Shown here in pieces: positions 39,964 through 53,601 of a stretch of DNA of 64,000 nucleotides. Position 1 is the stretch's first letter. Each line of letters opens with the position of its first letter. This DNA is from Octopus sinensis (taxonomy: Eukaryota), in NCBI RefSeq assembly GCF_006345805.1, contig NC_043001.1, positions 63,116,001 through 63,180,000 of the forward strand. The letters are read 5' to 3'. The translations under genes were made by a program, and so were the position numbers. Under the pieces are notes generated by a model that was given only the letters and a program-made list of their open reading frames with translations, was not told the origin of the DNA and ran no database searches.

Positions 39964-41257
39964 TGTGTGTGTGTATGCCAACATGGAAAATGGACATTAA
40001 TGATGATGACAATATATATCAATTTAATATGCAACTGAAAGAACTACTAATAGTTTCATGCTTTTATGATACTTTAACTAGGCATATTTATAAAATACAC
40101 CATGTATCTCCCACTGGATGGAACACTTCTTTGTTGATTCTACCTATATTGAATCTGTGTGTGTATGTCTTGTCTTGATACTGCATGATAATTGTCAGCA
40201 AACATCACTGCCATACAAGTGGTGTCATTTGTTTGCAGTCTTTGGTGAAAATATGTCTGGTCATTGAGCTATTCATGTTCAAAGGACTAGGGGAAATATT
40301 AACATGTTTGGAAACAGGTGAGGAATCACAAGATGGGCATCTGGCTGTAGAGAATCTATGACAATATATTTTGTCTGACTCATGTAATGTCCAGAGTGGA
40401 CATTAAAATGATGATGATAAAACAATATTTTTATAGCTTTAATTAAAAATGACAGACATTAAGATATCACTTGATTGCAGGATCCATAGTTTATTCATTT
40501 ATACTGTGTTTCCTGGTGTTCTAGATAAGGGCATGTTCAATAGCTATGACTACTTAATTGCAAATGATGTTATTGTTCAGCCCCAAATCAGCTCTGACCC
40601 AGTAAGCCTGTTAATCAGAATTATTCTAATGATGATCCTCCCATTATTTTATCACTTACAGTATATCAAGGACTACATTATCCAATGTGTCTTTCTCTTT
40701 TTTTTTTTAGATGGTAGGGAATGATTCAAGGTTGTTGTGACTGCTATTTCTAGAGGTTGAGTTACTACATCTAGGCTCCTTTATTGGTTCATATCTATCA
40801 TTTATCAATTATCCCCAGATCAACTCTGATCCTGAAGAATATGATCAAAGGCGTTCTAATGATGACAATCCTGCCTTTTTAGTAGATAAAGTGTATCAAA
40901 GACTATAATGAGCCAATGTGTTATTCCTTTTATTAAGATTACTGAGTGTTGTGTAATGGAGGCTTAGCTGCTCTTTCTAGTAGGTCAAGTAAACACTATT
41001 TCGAGAGGCACCATTTTTGGCTCTAATATATACCACGTGTAAAATCTATCTTACTGGAGTTATCATTAAGAATATCAGAAATAATTGTAAATATTTCAGA
41101 GGAATCGCCAAGAGAACGATATTTTGTCTGAATGGAGAAAAGTCTCTCGGCATCATTCTTAATATCATAGAAACTGGAATAAATATTTAGTAATGGAAGT
41201 AGAAAATACACAAAAAAGTTTTAAATATAAATAAAAACTAGAAACCCTATTCCTTAC

Positions 41258-41335
41258 TTGTATTTCTGTCTTCTGCCGGGATTTTCTCTCAGACTCTTTC
41301 AAGAAATATTCTCCTGAAGCTAACTGTTGGTCAAT
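41258..41335 (-). CDS. KRR1: KRR1 exon: IDQQLASGEYFLKESERKSRQKTEIQ
   Basis: TTTCAG acceptor, GTAAGG donor, 78 nt phase 0; matches human IDKELASGEYFLK. Confidence 0.93.
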
Positions 41336-41791
41336 CTGAAATTAAATTATATAAATAAGAATGAAATGAAACTGTTGTTGATGTTCATTCTCAAATCAAT
41401 TGTGAACAAGCAGACTTATATCATTAAATGCTTTCTTCCATTTTTAAGAGAGTAGGATGTATCATTTGAGGAGATTTAGCAGGTCAAATGACCAAACAGA
41501 AGCTCCTTCATTAGCTATGAAATTGTTAAAATCATGTCATTGTGTGTGTATGTGTGTGCACACATATGCATGCAACTAACAAAGTTGTTCATAAGTTCAC
41601 AGGGTTATGCCAAGAGGAAAAAATTATCTCAAACAAATGAAGTTATTTTGGTCATTTATTGGGTTCAAACAGTGGTATGGCCATGCAAGAACACTATCTG
41701 GTGCTAGAGAAGAAAAAATATGAAATAATGGATTCAGTCTTTTCTAATAACTTATAACATTTTCAAGAAGCAATGAAAGGAAGAATATTCA

Positions 41792-42034
<243 letters not shown>

Positions 42035-42451
42035 TTAGAAGTAAAGGTTTCTGGTTCAAATCTAGTCTGGCACTATCTACACATCCAGGAATTAAACTGA
42101 TTGAGACATAGTGATGTTGATATTTAAAAAAAAATTTCATCTCTAAAGATGAAATTAATTGTCTGAAAAACTTATAATTTACTAATTCTACATTTTTAAC
42201 AGACATGATTTTGTGTTTGAAGTTGTTGGTATTGCATCATCATCATCATTATTTTAATAAAAAAAAAAACTTTCAAGGGCACAGCCATGTCAATAAGCTA
42301 CCAATGGGTAGAGATCAGAATAGCCAAATGTGATATTTGGTTAGGTATCTATGCATTCTGAGTTGAATTCCCACCCAGGTTATCTGCTTTTTAAGGTCAA
42401 TAAAATACAGACATCAATGTAATCAACCATTCCTGTTGACTCAACATAACC

Positions 42452-42794
42452 AAGTGATATATCTCGACTTTGCAAAGGCCTTTGATAAAGTCGATCATGG
42501 AATGATATGTCACAAACTGCGTGATCTTAGCATAGTTGGAAAACTGGCAGAATGGCTTCATGACTTTCTGAAAGATAGAAGTCAGGTGGTAGTAGCCAAT
42601 TAACTTCCATTAACACGCAAATACTGAGCGGTGTTCCGCAGGGCACTGTTTTAGGACCACTACTGTTCATAATGGCCCTCTCAGACATGCCCTCAGCCAC
42701 GCAGAGAGCCACGATCACAAGTTATGCAGATGATACAAAAGTTTCACAGACAATACAGAACCCTGAGGACACTAAATGCCTGCAATGTGAGCTG
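42452..42794 (+). mobile_element. Inverted fragment of the adjacent CR1/L2-group LINE RT
   Basis: YLDFAKAFDKVDHG..SGVPQGTVLGP..YADDTK; reverse complement of ~43425-43745. Confidence 0.85.
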
Positions 42795-44085
42795 AAGCCC
42801 AGGCTATCACAGTATCTTGTTCTACATCTTGATGGCAAATTTGGAGTCCTTGGTACCATGCAGTGGCGCCCGGTTCTGACATTTGTGTGACTCTCGATGC
42901 CAAAGTTTGGGACAAGTCCTTCCAGGATCTTCCAGATATATATTGTGGCATATCTTTCTCGCCTACGCTCCAAAGAATAGAGTTTTAATCTCTTGAGTCT
43001 TTCCCAGTAGCTTATATTCTGCACAGAGGCTATCTTCTTTGTGTAGCTACGTTGGATTGCCTCAAGTTCTGTGATCAACTTGACACTGGATGGTGACCAT
43101 AGCTGAGAGCAATAGTCAAAGTGGCTTAGGACAAGTGTCTTCCAGAGGACCATCATGGTTTCTTGTTCTAAAGGTCCTAAGAATCCATCCGGCCAGCCGT
43201 CTACATTTCATTGCCAGTTTAGCAACATGTACATGAAAGGTCGCGTCATCACTCATGTGAATACCCAGGTCACGCACTGATTGTGCCTCTGGGATTGCAA
43301 TCCCTCCGGGTCCAGTGTATTCATTGGGTATTGCATTCAGTTTTGCATGCTGATAGCATAAAGCTTGAAACTTTTCAGCTTTGAACTGCATGCTATTCTT
43401 TTCAGCCCACTTGTATAATTTGTCCAGCTCACATTGCAGGTGCTTAGTGTCTTCAGGGTTCTGTATTGCCTGTGAAACTTTTGTATCATCTGCATAACTT
43501 GTGATTGTGGCTCTCTGCGTGGCTGAGGGCATGTCTGAGAGGGCCATTATGAACAGTAGTGGTCTCAAAACAGTGCCCTGCGGAACACCGCTCACTATTG
43601 GCTGCTACCACCTGACTTCTATTCTTCAGAAAGTCATGAAGCCATTCTCCCAATTTTCCAACTATGCCAAGATCTTGCAGTTTGTGACATATCATTCCAT
43701 GATCGACTTTATCAAAGGCCTTTGCAAAGTCGAGATATATCACTTCCACATTTGAGTGGTTGAGCAGTCGTTTCAGCACCCAGTCATAGTGTTGTAGGAG
43801 CTGAGTTAAGCAGCTTCTTCCTGGTCGGAAACGATGTTGGGTGTCAGGCAGCAAGTAATTTTCTTCAAGGAAGGTTATCAGTTTCCTTCTGACTATTCGT
43901 TCCATGACCTTGCTGATGTGTGAGGTCAGAGAGAAAGGTCTGTAGTTTTTGGCCTCCGCTCTGCTACCTCCTTTATGAATAGGGCATATTTTACCTTCCT
44001 TCAGTTTTCTTGGAAGTTTGCCAGCTGCAAGGAAGCTCTGAAAGAGAGACTGCAGTGGTCTTGCTAGGACTCTCTTACATACTGA
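42792..44085 (-). mobile_element. CR1/L2-group LINE fragment (RT and thumb), frameshifted
   Basis: NYRPFSLTSHISKVME, DFAKAFDKVDH, YADDTK, HFDYCSQLWSP, YSLERRRERY. Confidence 0.9.
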
Positions 44086-44515
44086 AATCAATGCAAAAAA
44101 GTTGGCAGTTCATACCAGCAGTTCACTACACTGCCACCATCACCTCCCTCTCCTACTACTTCATAATAATAATAATCCTACTATAGGCACAAGGCCTGAA
44201 ATTTTGGGGGAGGGAACCAGTTGATTATATCGATCGATCCTAGTGTTTTACTGGTACTTAATTTATCAACCCCAAAAGCATGAAAAGCAAAGTTGACCTT
44301 GGCAGAATTTCAACACAAACTTTTTGCCTGGCATGCTAACAATTCTGCCAGCTCCTACTCCCCACCACCACCACCACCACCACCACCACCAGCAGCAGCA
44401 GAAGGAGGAGGACAGTGTATCCCACTAAATTTTGTGCTGGGAATGATTCCTTTGAGTGAAATACTGAAGAAGACAAAGTTGAATATGATCTGAGAAGTGG
44501 TAAATGAAGGCTTAA

Positions 44516-45260
44516 TCACCTGCAATTCATAGATGATCTCAAGTTGTTCACAAAACGTGTGACAGAATTGGACAGTCTGGTCCAGTCTGTGCAGATTTTC
44601 TCAAATGATATCAAGATGGAGTAGCTGTGGCAACTGAGTAAAATATTGAATTCTAATTTGAATGCCAATAACATAATTTCAGCAATAAACTCATGTGCAG
44701 TCACAGTGATTCAGTATGGCATTGGAATGAGGATGAACTAAAGGAATTGGATGAGAAAACAAGAAAGCTCCAAACAATGCATGGATCCATCATCCACATG
44801 CAGACACTGATTGCCTATACATGAAGAAAGAAATGGAGGAAGGGGACTGACAAGTATGGAAGACTGCATGCATACTGAACTTGGGAACCTGCTGATGTAT
44901 CTACCACCAAGTGAGGAAACCTTGCTAAGAGCAGTTAGAGATGATAGCAGACTGAAATCAGGGAAAAAAAAAGCAAAAAACAAGAAGTACAAAAAGGACA
45001 CCACACAACAAGAGACTATACAATTAATTCCATGTAGCCACAACTGAAGCTGCTGCAAAATAGTTGAGGAAGGGAACACTGGAAAAAAGAAACAAAGAGT
45101 CCAATACTGGTAGTGCAAGACTAAACTTTGGCCACAAATTGGAGGGTCATCCTTAAGAATGAACAAGTGTCTTCACTGTGCTGAATCTGTAATAGAGTTA
45201 ATGAAACCCTTAACCATATTGTGAACGAATGCCCTCAAAACCAATATAAGTTGTTCCCAT
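44516..45260 (+). mobile_element. Decayed R4/Dong-like (RLE-type) non-LTR RT fragment
   Basis: HLQFIDDLKLF..LDSLVQSVQIFSNDIKME; ELDEKTRK; RKNGGRGL-like motif; clade assignment from recalled motifs. Confidence 0.55.
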
Positions 45261-45704
45261 TTTACTCCTTTAATCTCATCTGTGCTCTCTCATTCATACA
45301 TTCCAACATTACTCATCCAGCAGAGTATGCTCACTTCATTTCTTTCCAGCCATACAGTTTACTCTGGTATGTAAGACATCATTGTAACACATTGTTCTAA
45401 TCAAGTCACTATTTCACTAAATGTTGTATAACAAAACTAGACTGTCAAAACTACAACCATAGATCTTGGTATTGGTTGCATATTCTGCTATAAAAACTGA
45501 ACTTATTTTGTATGCTACAGTGTATACAAATCTGAGAGGAAGAGCTACCATCAGTGATATGGTGCTGCAAGACCCAATTTTCTGTGACTAGAAAAGTAAA
45601 AAGGTGTGAGGAGGAGGAAGGGGATAAATTTTCTTTCTCTTGTATTTTTCAGAAACAGAATACACCAATACAAAAGCACTGACATTGATTACTGTAAATA
45701 TGTT

Positions 45705-45736
45705 GTGTGTTGTATATATATATATCATATATATAT

Positions 45737-45768
<32 letters not shown>

Positions 45769-46029
45769 ATGTATATATATATATATATGTAGTATATATA
45801 TATATGTGATATAATATATATATGGTGTATATATATATATGTGTTATATATATATATATGTGTATATAATATATATATATGTGTATATATATTATGTGTA
45901 TATATATATATGTGTATATATATATGGGATATATATATATATGTGTATATATATATATAGTGTTATATTATATATAGTATAATATATATATGTATATATT
46001 ATATATATGGTATATATATATATATATAT

Positions 46030-46062
<33 letters not shown>

Positions 46063-46142
46063 GTATAATATATATGTCTATATATAATGTATATATATAT
46101 ATATATATTATATGTATATATATATATGTATATATATTATAT

Positions 46143-46210
<68 letters not shown>

Positions 46211-46313
46211 GATATATATATATAATATAATATTATATATGATATATATATGTATATATATATATGTATATATATATGTATATATATATATATATATGTA
46301 TATTATATATATT

Positions 46314-46356
<43 letters not shown>

Positions 46357-47668
46357 ATGTATATATATAATGTATACTATATATATATATATATATATAT
46401 ATAGATATATATATATAGGTGATATATTATATGTTGTATAAATATGTGTATATATATATATATATGGTATATATATATATGTATGTGTATATATTATAGG
46501 TATGTGTATAATATATATGTGTTGTGTATATATATATTATGTGTATATATATATATGTATGTGTATATATATAAATATGTATGTGTATATACTATATATA
46601 TATGTGTGTATATATATATATGCATATATATATATATGTGGTGTATATATATGTTATATATATATATGGTATATATTATGTGTATATATATATGTGTATA
46701 TATATATATGTGTCATATATATGTGGATAATATATATGTGTATATATATATATGTGTGTATATATGTGTATATATATATGTATGGTAGATTATATATATA
46801 TATGTGATATATATATGTATGTGTATCTATATATATATGTGTATATATATATATGCATATATATATATATGTGTAGGTATATATATGTGTATATATATAT
46901 AGTGTTATATATTATGTGATATATATATATGTGTATATATATGTGTATATATATATGTGTATATATATATATGTGTGTATATATGTGTATATATATATAT
47001 GTGTATAATATATATAGGTTATATATATATGTGTATATATATATATGTGTATTATATATTATGTGTATATTATATGCATATTATAATATGTGGTGTATAT
47101 ATATATGTGTATATATTATATATGTTATATAGATGTGTATATTATTTATATATATGTATATATATATATGTGTATAGCCCCGAGCCGACCAATGCCTTGT
47201 GAGTGGATTGTGTAGACGGAAACTGAAAGAAGCCTGCCGTTATATATGTATATATATATAAGTGTGTGTGTATTATGTTTGTGTGTCTGTGTTTGTCCCC
47301 CCAGCATTGCTTGACACCCGATGCTGGTGGGTTTACGTCCCCGTCACTTAGCGGTTCGGCAAAAGAGACCGATAGAATAAGTACTGGGCTTACAAAGAAT
47401 AAGTCCCGGGGTCGATTTGCTCGACTAAAGGTGGTGCTCCAGCATGGCCGCAGTCAAATGACTGAAACAAGTAAAAGAGTAAAGAGTAATATGTGTATAT
47501 ATATATATGTGTATATATATATGTGTATATATATATGTGTATATATATATATGTATATATACATATGTATATATATATGTGTATATGTATATATGTGTAT
47601 ATGTATATATGTGTATTATATATGTGTATATATATATGTGTATATATAAATATGTAAATATATATATG

Positions 47669-47699
<31 letters not shown>

Positions 47700-47748
47700 G
47701 TATATATAATATGTGTATATATATATGTAATATATAAGTATATATATG

Positions 47749-47779
<31 letters not shown>

Positions 47780-47833
47780 GAATATATATATATATTATAT
47801 ATATGTACATATATATATATGTAAATATATATG

Positions 47834-47864
<31 letters not shown>

Positions 47865-48774
47865 GTGTATATATATATATATGTATATATATATATGTAT
47901 ATTATATGTATATATGTATATTATATATATGTATATATATATATATGTGTGTATATATATATATGTATATATATATATGTATATATGTATATGTATATAT
48001 GTATATATATATATATATGTATATATATATGTGTATATGTATGTGTGTCTATATATATATGTATATATATATGTATATATGTATATGTATATATGTATAT
48101 ATATATGTATATATATATGTGTATATATATATATTGTATATATGTATATGTATATATATGTGTATTTATATGTGTATATATGTATATGTATATATGTATA
48201 TATATATATATAATGTATATGTATATATATATATATGTATATGTATATGTATATATATATATGTATATATCTATGTATATATATATATGTATATATGTAT
48301 ATATATATGTTATATATATAGTATATATATATGTATATATGTATATATATGTATATATGTATATATATATATGTATATATATATATGTATATATGTATAT
48401 ATATATGTATATATTATGTATATATATATGTATATATATATATGTATATATATATATATGTATATATATGTACATATATATATACATATCTATATATATA
48501 TATATACATACATATTATATATATATATATATACATACATATATATATACATACACATATATAATATATACATACATACATATATAATATATAGTATATA
48601 TATATATATATATGTATATTATATATGTTATAGATATATGTATATTATATAGGTAATATATATATATAACATATATTATGTTATATATATATGTATATAT
48701 ATATACATACATATATATATGTATATATGTATATTATATATATTAAATATATGTATAATATATATAATATATAT
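45705..48774. repeat. ~3-kb degenerate (TA)n/(TATG)n tract
   Basis: Read directly; explains all YI/CI-rich ORFs here. Confidence 0.95.
47176..47490 (+). mobile_element. 5'-truncated tRNA-SINE inside the TA tract
   Basis: Near-identical to the body and tail of 6253-6570 (reverse complement). Confidence 0.85.
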
Positions 48775-51700
48775 AAAACCTTATTGGTGAATTGAAGAAA
48801 TGGAGCTGAACGCAGATTGAACAGAAATCGTTTTATTTCATTCTACACGTGTTTCGAAAGGCACAAATTACCAAAATCCGATTGAATAATGGGACCATAT
48901 TGTGTCTTTCTCTTCAGGAAGAAAAAAGGAAATCCGTTGGAAAAACAAAAACAGAACAGAGGCGGAGCAAAAACAAAAACAAATCGAACTATGCTCCTAA
49001 GAGCCCATGGCGAAACTGTTTATCAGTGTATGTTGAGAATCGGTGGCTGAATAATTCAACGGGTCAGGCATCGGTCAATCATGTGGGTGAGGGTGTATAG
49101 ATGTTCTTTGTGACCGAGAATAAAGTTCTGACTATTTAAGGAATATTGGATGTTTTATAAGAGCGAGAAAAAATCTACTTAGAGACGTGTGTGTGTGTAT
49201 ACTGTTCTATATATGTGTGTGTTGGCGTAGGGGTAGAAAACATTTTTTGTGTACGTGTGTGCGTTTGATCGTTCGGCTGTCAGTGGCTACTGCCGTGATA
49301 ACCGTTGGGTGGCAGAAAGAAAAAAAATATATATATATTATGTTTTATGTTTGTGTGTGTTCATCTAAGCCTGCCTTGTCAAGGAAACCCCCCGCTGTGA
49401 AAAAACCAAGCCCCGTTTGTCTTACAGGAGTAATTCCCCTTGCAGTGGTTAATCGTAGATATCTTAAAGGCTATTTCAGAATTTGTTACCAAGGGCTATG
49501 GGTGCCGGTATTATTTATAAACGCTATTTAAAAGCCAGATAAGTGTAACGCCGCCAATGGGGGCATCGAAAAGCCGACTGTAAGAGCCCGTTTACCATCC
49601 GGCCTCTGGCAAACAAAATATGGAAGAGTTCGGAGACACAAAGGTTGCACTGTCTTCTGCCCCTATCAAATGGAGGGCCACCGACAAAATTGACCATTCC
49701 AGCCTATAGCTTAAGTTCGTATCCTTCAGTCGCCATATTAGCTTACTGAGTCCCGTGGTCTGGCGCTTGTTCACGTCCCGAAAAGTTGCGTAATGGTTGG
49801 AGACAAGCAAAGACAATCTTGAGGATGATGCCCCTACATAAGTGAAGACATCTGAGTCCGTGTAACCTTGCATTGGTAGACGGCGTTTTTGATCTTGGAG
49901 TTCGCCGACGTGAATCTTAATCTGCTAGGATTAGTTTCTGAAATTAGAACTGCGTTCCTGTCACTATATTCGTTCCGAGACTGCAGCCGCTTACTACTCT
50001 ATTTTCCACTACGTCACTATTAACTATAGGAATAACCCCTGATTCTCCACTATCTATCAGAGTGCTGTCATTGCTACTGCCCGTGGTGCTGCTATTGCGG
50101 GAAATGATGCTGGGGATGCTATTGGGGCTCTCTACCCTACTCCCATTGTTACCGTCAACCACAACACCCCTATTTATAACTATACCCCTAGTGGGTACTC
50201 CCTGGCTGGAGCTGAGATTATGTGTCACTGTACTGGCTCTCATATCATTATTACTACTATAATTATTCCTACTGAGCATTAAACCGGGAGCGGAAGAGGC
50301 TGTGCCTCCGGAAAAAGGTGATAGGGTCTTAGTAAGTAGCCTATTATTATGGGAGGCGATTATCTGGGCGAGGTTTTAGTGTTGGAGAAAGCTATCCTAA
50401 CTTTATGTGAGTTAACCGTGGAGTAATATTTGGAATTTCTGGGGAAGTTATTGGCGATGGCTTGTCTAAACATGAGGGGGAGGTTAGTTCTAATCTGCTT
50501 ACCAAAGGGGATTACAAACCATATATGCTTATTCCTATCAGTGTGATGGGTCGGGACGCCAGCTCTCGCATTCGGTGGGTGATTCTCGGATGAATAACGG
50601 GTCTTGGGTTAGTGTAAGACCTCCCGGACCGATAATTATCCTTGTTCGCTAAATTAAATGCGGGAGCGACTACCCCGCATCCGCCGCGCTCCCGTCCTTA
50701 CTTAAAATGTTAATGTTATATATACGGCCCTATCCTGATGACCGAATGATGGCATCGGAAGGGCCGGATCAATATAAATTACCTTCTGCCTATAACCGGC
50801 CTTGGATAGTGCGGCGTTATAAACATTCCGCTTTCTGCATAAAAATATCGGCACTGGCGGACAAGCCAGACAATCTTAGAGAGATGTTTTTAAACCAAAT
50901 TGTCTGTTACGGTTTGGCATGATTTGAGAAGACACTGACATACTTCAAATTAGTGGAAGGCTTATGGTAAGGGCAGTATGAGTCGCTATTAAGGTTAAGT
51001 GTAACGTCTAGGAAATTAGCCTTGGTGAGTTCATTATCAAAAAATACTCATGCCCATTCTATTAAAAAACCTAGCTAACCTGCTCTTAGTTTTCTGCACT
51101 ATTCTGTTCGTGGTGTTTTGCAGGTAAAACAGACAATCGTCACGATACAGGCCGCCGCGATCTCCGGGAATTGGTCGGACAATTCGTAGAGAATATATAT
51201 TCCCGACCAAATCGGCTATCTGCGCACTATCCGAACTACCCATAGGCACATCAAATTCATTGGGAGTATCTTTACGGATCCACAACTTATTATCAAACTT
51301 AATAAACGATTTCCTGGCAACTAAAATGATATCTATCTCTTCTCTGGTGAGGCCAGCCTTGTTGTGAGCATGCCAGAGGGCCTTATTTAGCACACTAGGG
51401 TTAATCGAGGGGTAGAAGCTGGCGATATCAAACTGAATGAACCTAGTACGGTTCTTATTGGGGATGGAAGAGAACCACTTCACTACCTCACCCTGCGAGG
51501 AGTTGGCCCAGAGGCTGAGCTTCAGCTTGTTTACTAAACTAGGGATATATTTATCTAAAATGTACTTACTGATTATCCCGATATCAGATCTAGCAGGGCA
51601 TATGAGTCTTAGCGCTGGGTTGGTGTGGAAGTTAGGTTTATGTCCTTCACTATAAATCTGGGTTGCTTGGGGCTAAGCGGCTGAGTTCTCATTTGAATTC

Positions 51701-52580
51701 GGTGTTTAAATATTATTTTCCTTAATTTCCAAGTTTACCTTCCTCAGGGTACTCCAATTGGTTTTTCTATAATTTTTCTTGATCTCTTTACCGAGTAAAT
51801 CTAGGTACTGCTTAATGGGCATCTTGTATGTGTTCCTGGTCTTGTCGGACTGGACCAGGACTCCGTCCGTTCTATTAATGTCCTTGGTAATTTTATCTAG
51901 GTATCTGAGGTGGGCATTTCTCCTGGGTGACTTCCTGAACTTAATCTTTCTAACTATGTCCCACAAGTCGTCCTCAAACTTCTTCAGTCTTGGGTTCGGT
52001 GGCGGCGTATCCAATGTTTTAAAAAGCCGGCCGTATTCGGACGATGCTGTTGTCCGGTTCGATTTTAGATCTTCGTTCTCGTGGAAGAAAGAGCCATCTT
52101 ATCCGGTTTATGAATGCGTTGGTTTTACAAACCAACTCCTTAAGGAAGGCATCCTTTGGTGGTATAGGAATATCCTTAAGGGACGCATCAATCTCGAAAA
52201 CTCCATTATTGGTATCGGTTAAAGTAGCAGTTTCTTGACGAAGCGGTATGTATTATGTGAAATAGAAAGATGAATAATCTTGTAGTAGATTAATCAAAAG
52301 TTTAACCGATACCTTAGTAGCAAAAATCACAGCAGTAAACAGCACGGTTGGAGGTACAACCATCTGGCGTTGCAACCGTGCGTTGGTGCGGATAATTGAA
52401 ATTAAAACATTATTGGTGAATTGAAGAAATGGCTGAACGCAGATTGAACAGAAATCGTTTTATTTCATTCTACACGTGTTTCGAAAGGCACTTTACTGCT
52501 GTGATTTTTGCTACTAAGGTATCGGTTAAACTTTTGATTAATCTACTACAAGATTATTCATCTTTCTATTCACATAATAT
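48775..52580 (-). mobile_element. Penelope-like element, C-terminal GIY-YIG, near full length, frameshifted; motif layout recalls the Hydra-type clade
   Basis: SLKDIPIPPK N-terminus; DKTRN; FDIASFYPSI, FDVPMGSSDSA, LYRDD RT motifs; AVYQCKV..TYVG and CNLC endonuclease; ~88-bp pseudo-LTR repeats 48775-48864 and 52404-52491; (TA)n on both sides. Clade name recalled, not verified. Confidence 0.88.
48836..48926 (-). ncRNA. Type I hammerhead ribozyme in the PLE 3' pseudo-LTR
   Basis: CUGAAGA core (48917-48911); stem II GAAAGACAC/GUGCCUUUC; GAAAC-ACGU-GUA; stem I UUUCUUC/GAAUGAAA (imperfect); predicted cut 48844/48843. Confidence 0.8.
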
Positions 52581-52718
52581 ATTATATATATATAATATTA
52601 TATATATACATACATATATATACATATATATATATTATATGTATATATGTATATTATATATATTATATATATGTATATATATATGTATATATATATATAT
52701 ACATATATATATATGTAT

Positions 52719-53193
52719 ATTGTTACCGAAATGCATTGCGAATAAGCCCGCCATTTTCATAGATATGTAAAGATAAACATTCGTACATGCTACGACGAAT
52801 TCTACGGTTGGCTATCGAGCTTGTAATGTTATGTTTTCTCTTATATTTCTTGAGTTTGTTGCACTGATGAACATGAAATGCACATTCTGCATTAAATGCG
52901 AAATCACATGTGATATGTAACAGAATTCTTTTTAAATGATGTGTTTTGAAGTTTTGCATTCGGTAAAATTTTGTTTATTTTAGTAGTTTTGACCGCATTG
53001 GTCCCTCTTAGCGTGTTAGTATCTACGAATAGTAGTACCCTCAATATAATATAAATGAATATTTTCAAAGAGGAAGAATTTACGGATTTTTTCTCTTACG
53101 AGGTTTTTCACGCTCTGACTGCTGATAATTTCTTTAAAGATTTTATCCTCAATTGTTAATTATATTTTTCACCGGAATAGTTCAATACTGAAT
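52719..53193 (+). mobile_element. Retrozyme-like non-coding element, copy 1 (hammerhead in the middle)
   Basis: Homologous, in permuted order, to 63096-63622; no meaningful ORF; flanked by (TA)n. Confidence 0.8.
52856..52923 (+). ncRNA. Type I hammerhead ribozyme, A at position 10.1
   Basis: Stem I UUGUUGCA/UGUAACAG; CUGAUGA 52864-52870; stem II CAU..AAUGCA/UGCAUU..AUG; GAAA 52900-52903; palindromic AUCACAUGUGAU; AUA cut after 52915. Confidence 0.8.
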
Positions 53194-53398
53194 ATATATA
53201 TATATATAAAAAAAAAATATATATATATATAAATATATAAATATATATATATATAAATATATATATAAATATAAATATATAAATATAATATATATAAATA
53301 TATATATATAATAATATAATATATATATATAAATATATAAAATATATATATATATAATATTATATATAATATATATATATATAATATATATATATATA

Positions 53399-53445
<47 letters not shown>

Positions 53446-53528
53446 TATACATATATATATATATATAATATAAATATATCCATATATATATATATATATA
53501 TAAATATATACATATATATATATATAAA

Positions 53529-53567
<39 letters not shown>

Positions 53568-53601
53568 AATAAATATATATATATATAAAATATATATATA
53601 T
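53194..53601. repeat. (TA)n-rich tract
   Basis: Read directly. Confidence 0.95.

Noticed and set aside
41023-41211. 62-aa minus-strand ORF as an extra KRR1 exon
   Set aside because: No KRR1 similarity; flanking exons already join in phase and are collinear with the human protein.
45705-48774. Long YI/CI/VY-repeat ORFs (also at 1787-2145, 6443-6986, 53169-53513, 62492-63141)
   Set aside because: Translations of TA/TG microsatellites; TA-type repeats lack stop codons in two frames.
50062-50262. Hydrophobic Leu-rich ORF resembling a membrane peptide
   Set aside because: Antisense shadow of the Ser/Asn-rich PLE linker.
50726-50765. CTGATGA-CCGA..TCGG-AAG, hammerhead-like on the plus strand
   Set aside because: No G10.1-C11.1 pair, GAAG instead of GAAA, no cleavage triplet or stem III; lies antisense in PLE coding sequence.
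48775-52580. Naiad-type selenoprotein PLE
   Set aside because: The endonuclease is C-terminal, not N-terminal, and the disruptions I traced are frameshifts or TAA rather than in-frame TGA at Cys positions.
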